Shown: positions 8,893-18,708 of the stretch, piece after piece | Position numbering within the stretch: position 1 is the first letter of the stretch | How the letters are laid out: each line of letters starts with the position of its first letter | Origin: Verrucomicrobiia bacterium | GTDB taxonomy: Bacteria; Desulfobacterota; Binatia; UBA9968 | Direction: 5' to 3' | DNA length: 64,000 bases | Assembly: GCA_035637295.1 (NCBI GenBank) | Contig: DASPXM010000071.1 | Location: forward strand, 3,176 to 67,175 | Notes under the pieces: generated by a model | The model's input: the letters and a program-made list of their open reading frames with translations, nothing else | Told to the model about the DNA's origin: nothing | Database searches by the model: none | Translations under genes and position numbers: made by a program

Positions 8893-9855
8893 ATGCTGCG
8901 ACGCTGCCAAGTGATGGTCTTGTTCCTGATTGTTTTCTTTATCCCCGCGCTCGTCTTCGCTCAGAGGGTCAGAACCAGCTATGGCGGCACGTCCGGCTAC
9001 AACGTACCGCTTTGGGTGGCGCATGAGGCCGGTTTTTTTAAGAAGCAAGGACTCACTTCTGAGCTGATTCTCATCAGCGGCGACGCCGCGAGTTTGCAGG
9101 CGCTCTTGGCCAACGATCTCGATTTCACCAACGCCGCGGGAACGACGCCCATCCAAGGAACGCTTCAAGGCGCCGACTTTGTCATTGTCGCCTCGTCCTA
9201 CAATCTGATGCCGTACAGTTTCGTCGTCACTCCCGACATTCGCACCGCGGCTGACCTGAAAGGGAAACGAATGGCTGTTTCTCGGCTGGGCGGGATCACT
9301 GAATTTGGCGGCCGGCTGACCTTGGAGAAACTCGGTCTAGGGCAGAACGATATGACGCTGATTCAGGCCGGCGCCGATGCGCCGCGGATCGCCGCGCTCC
9401 AGTCCGGCGCCGTCGCGGCGACGGTGCTTGCCCCGCCGGGCCTCTACGTCGCGACTGCCCTCGGAAATAAAGTGTTGGCCGACCTCGGCGATCTGGGCGT
9501 CAAGTATCCTTCATCGGTGATCGTCACACGGCGCGCTTATCTGGCGCAAAATCGTCCGACCGTCAAAAAGTACCTGGCCGCATTTACCGAGGGGTTGCAT
9601 CTTTATGCGGAGAACAAAGATTTCGCGCTCGGCGTCATGCAGAAATACGCCAAGCTCAAAGACCGCGACGCTATGTCCAGGTCCCATGACTATTTTGTGA
9701 AGAACACAACGCTTGTCCCTCTTACCGATCCGGTGGCGATCAAGAATGCATTGGGCGATAAAGCTGGAGCCCGCAACCCCGAGGATTTTTACGACAACTC
9801 GCTGCTGCAAGAATTGGTCAAAGAAGGGTTCGTCGATAAGCTGAGAAAAAAATAG
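8893..9855 (+). CDS. periplasmic NMT1/THI5-like ABC substrate-binding protein, paralog 2
   Basis: ATG at 8893 with GGAGG 9 nt upstream; the track start at 8887 is TTG. Signal peptide MLRRCQVMVLFLIVFFIPALVFAQR. Shares GTSGYNVPLWVAHEAGFFKKQGL with paralog 3. Confidence 0.7.
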   Translation: MLRRCQVMVLFLIVFFIPALVFAQRVRTSYGGTSGYNVPLWVAHEAGFFKKQGLTSELILISGDAASLQALLANDLDFTNAAGTTPIQGTLQGADFVIVASSYNLMPYSFVVTPDIRTAADLKGKRMAVSRLGGITEFGGRLTLEKLGLGQNDMTLIQAGADAPRIAALQSGAVAATVLAPPGLYVATALGNKVLADLGDLGVKYPSSVIVTRRAYLAQNRPTVKKYLAAFTEGLHLYAENKDFALGVMQKYAKLKDRDAMSRSHDYFVKNTTLVPLTDPVAIKNALGDKAGARNPEDFYDNSLLQELVKEGFVDKLRKK

Positions 9856-9912
9856 TGTACGCCAAGTCGTGGCTGGAGCATTGACCAAATCCGCCGTGGG
9901 CGTAAAGGAGCA

Positions 9913-11186
9913 TTGTCCGTGGCCCTGACCGAATCAGATAAGCGTGTAATAGATCTGATCGACGAGAAGGAACTGGTCGATCTGGCCGTTGCAATGGGCA
10001 ATATCACGGCGCCGTCTGGCTACGAACAACCGATGGCGGACTTCGTACTCCGCTGGTTAACTGAAAACGGTTTTGAGAGATCATTCCAACAAGCGATCTG
10101 TGATGGCCGGTCGAACACGATCGGCATTCTCAACGGCCAAGGCGGAGGCCGAAACCTGATTTTTCAACAGTCACATGGACTCCGAACAAGGCATGCCGAT
10201 GCGTGTGGACGAACCACCGCCGCCGGGTCCCACGGCGCGTGTCGACTATGATAAGAAGCGCATCTTCGGTGTGGCGGTGCAAAACGATCGCGGCCCGATG
10301 GCGGCGTTTATGATCGCCACCAAGGCGCTCAAGAATAGCGGCGTTCGGCTGGCCGGCGACGTTATCATGACCATGGTCGTAGGTGAGATCGGCATGGGCC
10401 CAGTGGATGAATTCCGTGGCGCCAAATATATCGGCAAAGGGTTCGGCAGCCGCCACGCGGTGACCCACGGCGTCAACGGCGATTTTGCTTTGATTGCCGA
10501 GACCACCGACTTTGGCGTCACTTGGATAGAAGCCGGCGCGGCGTACTTTAAAATCACGTTGGAAGGGCGGAGTTTCTACACGCCGCGCATCCCGCCGCGC
10601 GGCGCCGTTGAAGACAATCCCAACGCGCTGATCAAAATGATTCCCGTGATCGAAGCGATCGAGAAATGGGCAGTGGAGTACGAGCACAAATATACAATCG
10701 ATTACCCGGTAGGGAAGATGGTCCCGAAAGTGAGCATTGGTGCGATCCGTGCCGGCGCGCCCTATAAGCCGAGCACGACGCCTCGCAGTTGCAGTATTTA
10801 CGTAGACGTGCGCGTGCCGCCGCCGGTGCCGTTCTCGCAAGTGGAAAGGGAATTAAAGCGAGTCGTCAGCGCGGTGGGACTGGGTGGAAGCGTCGAGTGT
10901 TTCATGGCGCGCAAAGGCTACGAAGGCAAAAATGTCGAACCGTTGGTCGATGCGATTTGCCGCCGCCCATGTGGCGGTGCGAGGTAGCCAGCCGCCACCG
11001 GTAGATACGCCGGAAACCAGTATGTGGCGTGATATCAACATTTTCAATGAAGTCGGCATCCCCGCTGCAACTTTCGGCATGCCGCGCAAGAGCGCGCCCG
11101 ATGTGCCCGAACGGTTTATCGAGATTCAGGACATTGTCGATGCGGCGAAGATGTACGCGCTGGTCGCGCTCAAGATCTGTGGCTGA
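9913..11186 (+). pseudogene. M20-family metallopeptidase/deacylase (ArgE/DapE-like) disrupted by two frameshifts
   Basis: One M20 protein is split across three track ORFs (9913-10251, 10175-10987, 10884-11186). The first shift is at the T5 run 10161-10165 (LIF|NSHMD motif lost). The second is near 10961-10975. Confidence 0.5.
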
Positions 11187-11214
11187 CCGTCGTTTACCGC
11201 AAGGTTTCAAATTT

Positions 11215-13320
11215 ATGAAATACGTTGTGGGCGTGGATATCGGCGGCACCTTTACCGATTGCGTGGTGGTGGACGAAGCCGGGCGGATCACCGTCGGCAA
11301 AGCGCTTTCGACCCCCGACGATTTTTCCCGCGGCGCAGTCAACTCGGCGGCCGATGCCGCGAGCAACCTCGGCCTTTTGAATGCCAGTGAATTGCTCAAA
11401 CGCTCGCGCCTGTTTTTTCATGCCTGCACCATCGGCGATAACACGTTGATCACTCGCACCGGCGCCAGGACCGGCTTGATCATGACCAAAGGATTCGGCG
11501 ACAGCCTGCACATCATGCGCGGCAAGGTCGCTGAAGGGTTGACGGAAAACGAAACCGCGCACCGTGCCGCGCTTTATAAGCCCGAGCCGTTTGTGCCGCG
11601 CAAATTGGTCGAAGAAGTGCCGGAGCGGATCGATTACAAAGGCCAGGAGCTGATCCGCCTCGATGTCGGCGTGGCGGAAAGGGCGATCGACCGGCTCGTC
11701 GCCAATGGCGCAGAATCGATTGCCGTGTGCTTTCTCTGGTCGATCGTGAACGATGCCCATGAAAAGCACATGGCCGAGATTCTAAAGAAGAAAAACCCCA
11801 ACCTGTTCCACACGCTGTCGAGCGAAGTCGCGCCTTACATCGGCGAATACGAACGTTCGGCGACCACGGTTTTCAACGCCTATATCGGGCCGAAGATTTC
11901 CACCTACCTGCAAAACCTGCAAAGCGTCCTGAAAGACCAGGGCCTGCAGCGTGAGCCCTTGATCATGCAGGCCTACGGCGGCGTATTGGGCATCGACGCG
12001 ACCTGCAAGAACGCCGTCGGCGTGATCGAGTCGGGGCCCGCCGCCGGCATCGTCGGTACGCGTTTTTTAGGCGAGCATATCGGCGAGAAAAATATTCTTG
12101 CCACGGATATGGGCGGTACGACTTTCAAAGTCAGCCTGGTGCGCCATGGCGTGATCGAACGCGACTACAAACCGGTCATTCTGCGCTACAACATTCTCTC
12201 GACCAAGATCTGGGTTGAATCCATCGGCGCCGGCGGCGGCAGCATCGCCTGGATCGATCCGGAGACGGGCCTGCTCAAAGTCGGACCGCAGGGAGCCGGG
12301 GCAGCGCCGGGACCGGTCTGCTACGACGTCGGCGGCAACGAACCGACGGTCTCCGATGCCGATCTGGTGCTCGGTTATTTGAACGAGAATTATTTTCTCG
12401 GCGGCCGGATGAAGCTCAACAAAGCCAAGACGCTGGCCGCCATCCGCGAAAAAATCGCCAAGCCTCTCAAGATGACCGAAGTGGAGGCCGCGAGCGGCAT
12501 CTATCGCATCGCCAATTCGCATATGAGCGATCTGATTCGGAAAGCGACCGTGGAGAAAGGGCATGATCCGCGAAATTTCGTGCTCTTCGCCTTCGGCGGC
12601 GCTGCCCCGGTGCACGCCAGCCGCTATGCCGCGGAGCTGGGCGTGCGCCAGGTGGTGATTCCGCTCACCGCCTCCGTGCATGGCGCCACCGGTCTGATTA
12701 GTTCCGACGTAGTCTATGAGTACGGCAAGTCGGAGCATCTGCTCCTGCCGGTTGAGCCGGCGAGAGTCAACCAGATTTTCAGCGAATTGCTCGAACGCGC
12801 ATACAAGGACCTGGCGGCGGCGGGTTTCGCACCGAACGAGATTCACGTCATGCGCAGCGTGGACATGCGCTATCGCTATCAGATTCATGAGTTGAACGTT
12901 CCGTTCTCTCCTGGTCTAGACAGCATCTCCGACGCGGACATGGCCGCGTCGTCCGATCTCTTTGACGAGATGTACGAAAAAGCTTTCGGCCAGGGCTCGG
13001 GGTACCGCGAAGCCGGCAAAGAAATTCTCACGTTGCGGCTTACAGCTATGGGGTTGCTCAAGAAACCGGACATCAAGGCTGAAACGGTTGCCCCGAGGGA
13101 CGGCAGTGTCGCGCTCAAGGGTGAGCGTCAAGTCTACTTCGAGGAGAACCGCAGTTTCACTGCGACGCGCGTCTACGATTTCAACCAACTACGGCCGGGA
13201 GCTGAATTCGCCGGCCCGGCGATTATCGAAACTCCAGTGACCACTGTGGTTGTAAATCCCCACGACCGAGCGGCCATGGATGGCTACCGCAACATCAGAA
13301 TTTACGTCGGAGGAGCATGA
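11215..13320 (+). CDS. hyuA: hydantoinase/oxoprolinase family protein, A subunit (HyuA-like, ATP-dependent)
   Basis: ATG at 11215. Typical N-terminus MKYVVGVDIGGTFTDCVVVDE. About 700 aa. Stop overlaps the start of the B subunit. Confidence 0.8.
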   Translation: MKYVVGVDIGGTFTDCVVVDEAGRITVGKALSTPDDFSRGAVNSAADAASNLGLLNASELLKRSRLFFHACTIGDNTLITRTGARTGLIMTKGFGDSLHIMRGKVAEGLTENETAHRAALYKPEPFVPRKLVEEVPERIDYKGQELIRLDVGVAERAIDRLVANGAESIAVCFLWSIVNDAHEKHMAEILKKKNPNLFHTLSSEVAPYIGEYERSATTVFNAYIGPKISTYLQNLQSVLKDQGLQREPLIMQAYGGVLGIDATCKNAVGVIESGPAAGIVGTRFLGEHIGEKNILATDMGGTTFKVSLVRHGVIERDYKPVILRYNILSTKIWVESIGAGGGSIAWIDPETGLLKVGPQGAGAAPGPVCYDVGGNEPTVSDADLVLGYLNENYFLGGRMKLNKAKTLAAIREKIAKPLKMTEVEAASGIYRIANSHMSDLIRKATVEKGHDPRNFVLFAFGGAAPVHASRYAAELGVRQVVIPLTASVHGATGLISSDVVYEYGKSEHLLLPVEPARVNQIFSELLERAYKDLAAAGFAPNEIHVMRSVDMRYRYQIHELNVPFSPGLDSISDADMAASSDLFDEMYEKAFGQGSGYREAGKEILTLRLTAMGLLKKPDIKAETVAPRDGSVALKGERQVYFEENRSFTATRVYDFNQLRPGAEFAGPAIIETPVTTVVVNPHDRAAMDGYRNIRIYVGGA

Positions 13321-15152
13321 GGGTGACGTCAAATCCCATTGTGACGAGCGTCGATCCAATTACTTTCGAGATTCTCTCGCATCGCGTCTACCAGATCGCC
13401 AAGGAGATGGGCACGACCCTGGAACGCGTCGGCGGCACGGTGAACACGACGCAGATGCACGATTACATGGCTGCGCTTTATCTGGCTAACGGCGACGTGC
13501 TCTGCGCCGGCGATGCCATGGGTTGGCATGTGGCCTGCGCCGGAGTCGCGGTCAAGCGCATCATCGAGCGCTTCGAGAAGGACGGGGGTATCCACCCCGA
13601 CGATATTTTTCTCCTCAACGATCCTTACGTAGCGGCGATCCATCAGTCGGATGTCTACGTGGTGTCGCCGATTCATTTCAAAGGCAAACTGATGGGATGG
13701 AGCGCAACCTTTGTCCACGTGATGGATATCGGCGCTATGTCCCCTGGCGGCAATTCGCCCAACGCCACCGAGATCTGCCACGAAGGGATTCGCATTCCCG
13801 GCATCAAGCTGGTCGAACGGGGCGAACTGCGCAAGGATTTATTCGATGCGTTTATCAACATGACGCGGCAGCCGGTGATGGTCGGGCTCGATCTCAAATG
13901 CGAGATCGCGGCGAATAACGTGGCGAAATCGCGAATTCAGGCTTTATACGAGCAATTCGGCTCTGAGTTGGTCGCCGCCGTCTCACAGGAGATGTTGCAT
14001 TATTCCGAAGCGATCTTAAGAAAGAGAATCGGTGAGATCCCCGACGGCGAGTGGCGCGAGACGGGTAGTATCCATGCGGGCGACACCTGGAAGGTCGATG
14101 TCGCGCTCAAGAAAACCGGAGATCGTTTGCTGTTTGACTTCACCGGCAGCAGCCCCCAGGCGAAAAAGGGGATCAACTTACCGTACCATGCGACGTTCGG
14201 TGCGTGTTACGAGGCGATTCTCTCGACGATGGCGTACGACCTTCCGAAAAATCACGGCGCCCTCAGACCCATCGAAGTGATCGCGCTCCCCGGGACGGTG
14301 GTCAACTGCACAGCGCCGGCGCCTGTTTCGCTCAACACCACCTCCGCCGGGTCGACGGCGAAGTTCGTCGCCAATTCGGTCATCATCCAGATGCTCGCCA
14401 CCAGTGAAAAGTGGCGCGGCGAACTCATGGCGCTCAACGTCGGCCATCGGCTGGCACGCCACGCCGGCGTCAATCAATATGGCAACTATTATGTGTCGAC
14501 ACTTTCCGAAGGCGCCCTCGACGGCACCGGCGCGCGCTCCGACAGAGACGGTGATGATACCGGCGATGGCCTGAGCTCGCACAATATCGAATGGGTCGAG
14601 GCGAACTTCCCTCTGCTTTATTTGTTCCGACGCAACACCCGCGGGGGCGGCGGCGCCGGCAAATTCCGCGGCGGCGCCGGCAGCGAATCTGCGCTCACTG
14701 TGCATGATGCGCCGCAAGGTAAAATTAGGGGCGTAGCGCTCGGTGTGGCCGGCTTGCGAAATTCCGGGCAAGGGTTATTCGGCGGCTATCCCGGCGCGCC
14801 GAGCCTGCTGACGCTTATCCAGGGCGCCCGCGTCGAAGAAACCATTGCCGCAGATCAGGCGCCGGACGAACTCGCCGCGCTCGGCGGCGACAGCAGACTG
14901 TTGCCGTACTGTGAGTTTGATCTCGGCCGCAACGATATTCTTTACATGCGTATGGCGAGCGGCGGCGGCTACGGCGATCCCCTCGAACGTGAACCGCAGC
15001 AGGTCTTGCGCGACGTCGATGAGGGCGTCGTGTCGCGCGAAGAAGCGCGGGCGATCTACGGCGTGGAGATCGATGGCGATGAGCCGAGGCTGAATCAAAC
15101 GGCGACGGATAAACTGCGGTCCGACCTGTTGAAGCAGCGGTTGCAGGAGTAA
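13317..15152 (+). CDS. hyuB: hydantoinase B/oxoprolinase family protein (HyuB-like)
   Basis: 611 aa. N-terminus VDPITFEILSHRVYQIAKEMG is typical of HyuB / acetone-carboxylase alpha-like proteins. 4-nt overlap with hyuA. Confidence 0.8.
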   Translation: MRVTSNPIVTSVDPITFEILSHRVYQIAKEMGTTLERVGGTVNTTQMHDYMAALYLANGDVLCAGDAMGWHVACAGVAVKRIIERFEKDGGIHPDDIFLLNDPYVAAIHQSDVYVVSPIHFKGKLMGWSATFVHVMDIGAMSPGGNSPNATEICHEGIRIPGIKLVERGELRKDLFDAFINMTRQPVMVGLDLKCEIAANNVAKSRIQALYEQFGSELVAAVSQEMLHYSEAILRKRIGEIPDGEWRETGSIHAGDTWKVDVALKKTGDRLLFDFTGSSPQAKKGINLPYHATFGACYEAILSTMAYDLPKNHGALRPIEVIALPGTVVNCTAPAPVSLNTTSAGSTAKFVANSVIIQMLATSEKWRGELMALNVGHRLARHAGVNQYGNYYVSTLSEGALDGTGARSDRDGDDTGDGLSSHNIEWVEANFPLLYLFRRNTRGGGGAGKFRGGAGSESALTVHDAPQGKIRGVALGVAGLRNSGQGLFGGYPGAPSLLTLIQGARVEETIAADQAPDELAALGGDSRLLPYCEFDLGRNDILYMRMASGGGYGDPLEREPQQVLRDVDEGVVSREEARAIYGVEIDGDEPRLNQTATDKLRSDLLKQRLQE

Positions 15153-15197
15153 CCATGAAAGTCTCGCGGTCCGCGAATGTTGGACCTGAATTGAGTG

Positions 15198-15839
15198 TTA
15201 CCTTCTGTTCCGATAAGCGAGCCGGGCGCGAGTCATGCGCTCGCGGAGGCCGCCGTCCTTGACGAAGTCTCTTTCCAAACGGCGTAGTTGCTGATCAATC
15301 AGATAATTGGTTTGGTGAATAAGGCAAATAGCGATATTCGCGATCACCTCTGGTGGGCGAGTTTCTGGCGATAATGTTCGTAAGTCTGTGGCGTTTGGCG
15401 GCCGAGCTGGCGGACGTATCGTGCCTCCTTGGAATCTTTGTCCCAAATCTCCAGGTCGCGAGCGCGGAGGTAATCTTTGTAGTCGTCCAATAATTCTTCC
15501 AGGCTAGCGCGGGCGACGTTGTAAGCTTGATCTCGGTTTCCTTCGAAGTGAGAGCTGCTTTGCTGCCTTCCAGAATGTTCTTCTTGCCGGAGCGGGCGGA
15601 CTGAATCATCTGGTCCACAGTACGGTCGCCTTTGGCGAGGAACTTGTGCACAAAACGGAAAGTAATGTCATAAACGATCTCGGCTTTCTGAAATGAGAGC
15701 AGGGTCTGATAATCACCGCGCGGCTGAAGTAGTCGGTCAGCATTCTGGGAGTTATGAGAATTATGGGAAGAATGGGAAGTATGCTTCCTATAACTCCCAT
15801 CATTCCCATTCTTCCCATTACTCTTATCCTTTTTCATTG
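15198..15839 (-). pseudogene. four-helix-bundle (suffix-domain) protein gene with two frameshifts
   Basis: ATG at 15839 (MKKDKSNG...). Family-like sequence continues through three frames (QKAEIVYDITFRFVHKFLAKGDRTVDQMIQSARSGKKNILEGS | NVARASLEELLDDYKDYLRARDLEIWDKDSKEA | ETRPPEVIANIAICLIHQTNYL...RERMTRARL). Shifts are near 15517-15523 and 15355-15368. N-terminus has a low-complexity NGKNGNDG stretch. Confidence 0.45.
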
Positions 15840-15851
15840 CAGAGATGTCCC

Positions 15852-17291
15852 TTACAGCACCGGATTTCTTTTGTGCCACTCGGTCGCGCCTTCGTAGGCT
15901 GCCGCCACTTGAAAGACGACGTCTTCGCGAAACGGCGGCGCGACGATCTGCATACCGATAGGCAAACCGCCGGACGAAAAGCCGCAGCAAATGCTCATAT
16001 CCGGAAGTCCCGTGACGTTGAAGGGAATCGTGTAGCGGGTCAGAAAATTTCCGGCGCGGTCCTGCAAGTTGATGCGCTTGCCGTCGGCTTCGATATAGCC
16101 GCGGTTGCAATCGTCGATGGTCGGCGCCGGGCTGAAGATAGTCGGCGCGACGATGATCTGCACGGATTTGAAAGCTTCGTCGAACTCCTGACAGATCAAA
16201 CGACGCACCCTCTGAGCTTGAACGTACACGGGTGCGGGAGTCAAAAGCCCGGCAATCAAGCTGTAGAGAAGGCCCGGGCTGTAGTCTCTTGGCCGCGTGC
16301 GGAGATAGTGGTCATGGTCGGAATTCGCTTCCGGGCGCGTGCTCGCCGCTTGCGCCGCGGGGACCAGATCGATATGCGGTATTTCGATCTCCTGAGTTCT
16401 CATGCCGAGTGATTTTAGAGTGTTCATAGCTTTGTCGACTGTTCGGCGCACTTCACTGACGATGCCCTGTTCGAAGTATCCTTTGATCAGACCGATCTTC
16501 ATACCTTTGACCGGAGCACCGAGGGCTTTGGTGTAGTTCACAGTCGGCGCGTCGGAGCTGAGGGGGTCCTTCGGGTCATAGCCGGCAGTATGGTTCAACA
16601 GCAGCGCGCAATCTCTGACGCTGCGCGTGAGTATGCCGAAGTGATTGACGGTATAGCCGCCGGTGCCCGCAACGCCGCCGTAGGTACTGATTCTGCCGAA
16701 CGTCGGCTTGAGCCCGACGGTTCCGCACAACGATGCCGGATTGCGCACTGAGCCTGCGCTGTCGGTGCCGATGGATCCCAGGCATAGGCTCGCGGCCACG
16801 GCGACGGCCGAACCGCTGCTCGATCCACCGGGTATTCGCGTGGTATCCCAGGGATTCAACGGCGTGCCGTAAAACGGGTTGATGCTGTTACTCCCCTTGG
16901 CCCATTCGTGCATGTTGGTTTTGCCAAGAATAATGGCGCCGGCCGCTTTGAGCCTTTCGATCACCGTGGCGTCATGATCCGGCACCCAATCCGCCAGGAT
17001 TTTCGATCCCGCGGTGGTGATCACACCTTTGGTCGCGATGTTGTCCTTGATCGAAAGGGGAATGCCATGGAGCGGCCCGCGATATTTCCCCTGGCGAATT
17101 TCCTTCTCGGCTTTCCTGGCGGCGGCAAGGGCGCCGTCCTCGGCCATCGCGAGGTAGACGTTGAGTTTGGGATTGAGCTTGCCGATTCTTTCGAGATAAC
17201 TTTTGGTGATTTCCAGCGGCGAGATTTGCTTTTTCTTGAGTAGCGGGCCAAGCGCGCTGATCGTCAAGCCTTCGAGATCGAGAGTCTTCAT
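15852..17291 (-). CDS. amidase-signature enzyme, GatA/AtzE-like
   Basis: 479 aa from the ATG at 17289-17291 (the 649-aa track ORF carries a spurious N-extension). GIPLSIKDNIATKG ... GGSSSGSAVAVAA signature. Start overlaps the stop of the upstream small gene by 4 nt. Confidence 0.8.
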   Translation of the reverse strand: MKTLDLEGLTISALGPLLKKKQISPLEITKSYLERIGKLNPKLNVYLAMAEDGALAAARKAEKEIRQGKYRGPLHGIPLSIKDNIATKGVITTAGSKILADWVPDHDATVIERLKAAGAIILGKTNMHEWAKGSNSINPFYGTPLNPWDTTRIPGGSSSGSAVAVAASLCLGSIGTDSAGSVRNPASLCGTVGLKPTFGRISTYGGVAGTGGYTVNHFGILTRSVRDCALLLNHTAGYDPKDPLSSDAPTVNYTKALGAPVKGMKIGLIKGYFEQGIVSEVRRTVDKAMNTLKSLGMRTQEIEIPHIDLVPAAQAASTRPEANSDHDHYLRTRPRDYSPGLLYSLIAGLLTPAPVYVQAQRVRRLICQEFDEAFKSVQIIVAPTIFSPAPTIDDCNRGYIEADGKRINLQDRAGNFLTRYTIPFNVTGLPDMSICCGFSSGGLPIGMQIVAPPFREDVVFQVAAAYEGATEWHKRNPVL

Positions 17292-17491
17292 TTTTTGCCT
17301 TTCTTGGCCGCGGGAATTTTTCGCACCCGCTTGTCGATCATGGTAAGCGGCGTGATGCCGTCGACATTCACTTCGAACAACGGCTTGAACAAGAGCGCTG
17401 CTTCTTCGGCCTGCTGCGCCACGAGGTCGATTTCCTTGTCGGTAAGCTTGAATTGGTATTCGTCGTTGAGTCGTCTTACTGTGTCTTGCAT
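17288..17491 (-). CDS. GatC-like small protein (AtzG-like partner of the amidase)
   Basis: 67 aa. LTDKEIDLVAQQAEEAALLFKPLFEVNVDGITP resembles the Glu-tRNA amidotransferase C-subunit fold. Translationally coupled (ATGA overlap) to the amidase. No gatB in the window. Confidence 0.55.
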   Translation of the reverse strand: MQDTVRRLNDEYQFKLTDKEIDLVAQQAEEAALLFKPLFEVNVDGITPLTMIDKRVRKIPAAKKGKK

Positions 17492-17724
17492 AGTTTTGAC
17501 CTACTTTCCGGTTGAGAGTTGTGGTTCTACAATCGCGTTGTTGGTTTCTACAATCGGGTGTCCGAGCTGTCAACGACCCGGTGCTGCCTGGTTCGTTCTG
17601 ACAACCGCCTTGACGTCGAGAGAATCGATGCGATAGGAAGGTGATGCTTTGGCGTTGAGGTTTTGAACCGGTCGATAACCGCAGAGCAACAACCGCTTGC
17701 AACAATGCAGGAAACGCGACAGCG

Positions 17725-18696
17725 ATGTTTCGAGTCATTCTTCCCACGCTCTCATTTCTGGTGATTCTAATCCTGCCGCGCATCGGCCATGGCCAAGCCA
17801 TCAGGATCAGTTACGCCGGCACCTCCGGTTACAACGTTCCCATCTGGGTGACCCACGAGGCGGGCCTGTTCAAGAAGCATGGTTTGAACAGCGAACTGAT
17901 CATGATCTCCGGCGCGGCGCAGAGCATGCAGGCGATGCTCGCCAATGAAACTCAAGTGGCCAACACGTCGGGTTCAGCGCCGATCAATGCAAAGCTCAAA
18001 GGCGCCGATGCGGTCATCGTCGCCAGCTCCTATGATCTGATTCCCTATGGCATCGTGGTTCATAAAGACATCCGTATGCCGGCGGACCTCAAGGGAAAGA
18101 GGATCGCGATATCGCGCTTCGGCGGCATTACCGAGCTGAGTGTGAAATTGGCCGTCGAGAAATTCGGCTTGAACGAAAAGGACGTGACGATGATCCAGGC
18201 CGGCGCCGACGCGCAGCGGATTCCTGCGGTGGCCACAGGCGCAGTCGCCGCTTCGGTGCTCGCGCCGCCGGGACTTTTCGCGGCTAGCGCGCAAGGGCTC
18301 CGGGTGCTCGCTGACTTGAGCGATCTGGGCGCTAAATATCCGACTTCGGTATTCTTCGTCATGCGTTCCTATCTGACGCAGCAGCGCGTGGCGCTAAAAA
18401 GGTTTCTCTTGGCCTTGATCGAAGGGCTGCATGTCTATGTCAACGACAAGGATTTTTCCATGCGCGTGATGCAGAAGTACACCAAGCTAGGTGATCCTGA
18501 GATCGTCGCGAAGACGCAAGATTATTACTCTAAGAAGACCCTTGTGGTGCCGTTTACAGACGCGGCGGCGATCAAGAATGCCTTGCCTGCGGATGCCGGC
18601 GCGGGGCGTAAGCCGGAAGAGTTTTACGATAATTCGCTCATCCAGGAAATCGTCAAAGACGGATTCGTCGAGCAGCTCAAGAAAAACATGCGCTAG
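17725..18696 (+). CDS. periplasmic NMT1/THI5-like ABC substrate-binding protein, paralog 3
   Basis: ATG at 17725. Signal peptide MFRVILPTLSFLVILILPRIGHGQA. 13 nt upstream of amidohydrolase paralog 4. Confidence 0.7.
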   Translation: MFRVILPTLSFLVILILPRIGHGQAIRISYAGTSGYNVPIWVTHEAGLFKKHGLNSELIMISGAAQSMQAMLANETQVANTSGSAPINAKLKGADAVIVASSYDLIPYGIVVHKDIRMPADLKGKRIAISRFGGITELSVKLAVEKFGLNEKDVTMIQAGADAQRIPAVATGAVAASVLAPPGLFAASAQGLRVLADLSDLGAKYPTSVFFVMRSYLTQQRVALKRFLLALIEGLHVYVNDKDFSMRVMQKYTKLGDPEIVAKTQDYYSKKTLVVPFTDAAAIKNALPADAGAGRKPEEFYDNSLIQEIVKDGFVEQLKKNMR

Positions 18697-18708
18697 CGAG
18701 GAGAGGTC

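Noticed and set aside
15295-16110. 271-aa ORF overlapping the amidase 3' end
   Set aside because: It is a read-through composite. Only the part downstream of 15839 belongs to the frameshifted four-helix-bundle gene. The rest is out-of-frame amidase sequence.
15852-17801. 649-aa track ORF implying a very long amidase
   Set aside because: The N-terminal 170 residues are Arg-rich and low complexity, and overlap the GatC-like gene in another frame. The true start is the ATG at 17291, coupled to the upstream gene.
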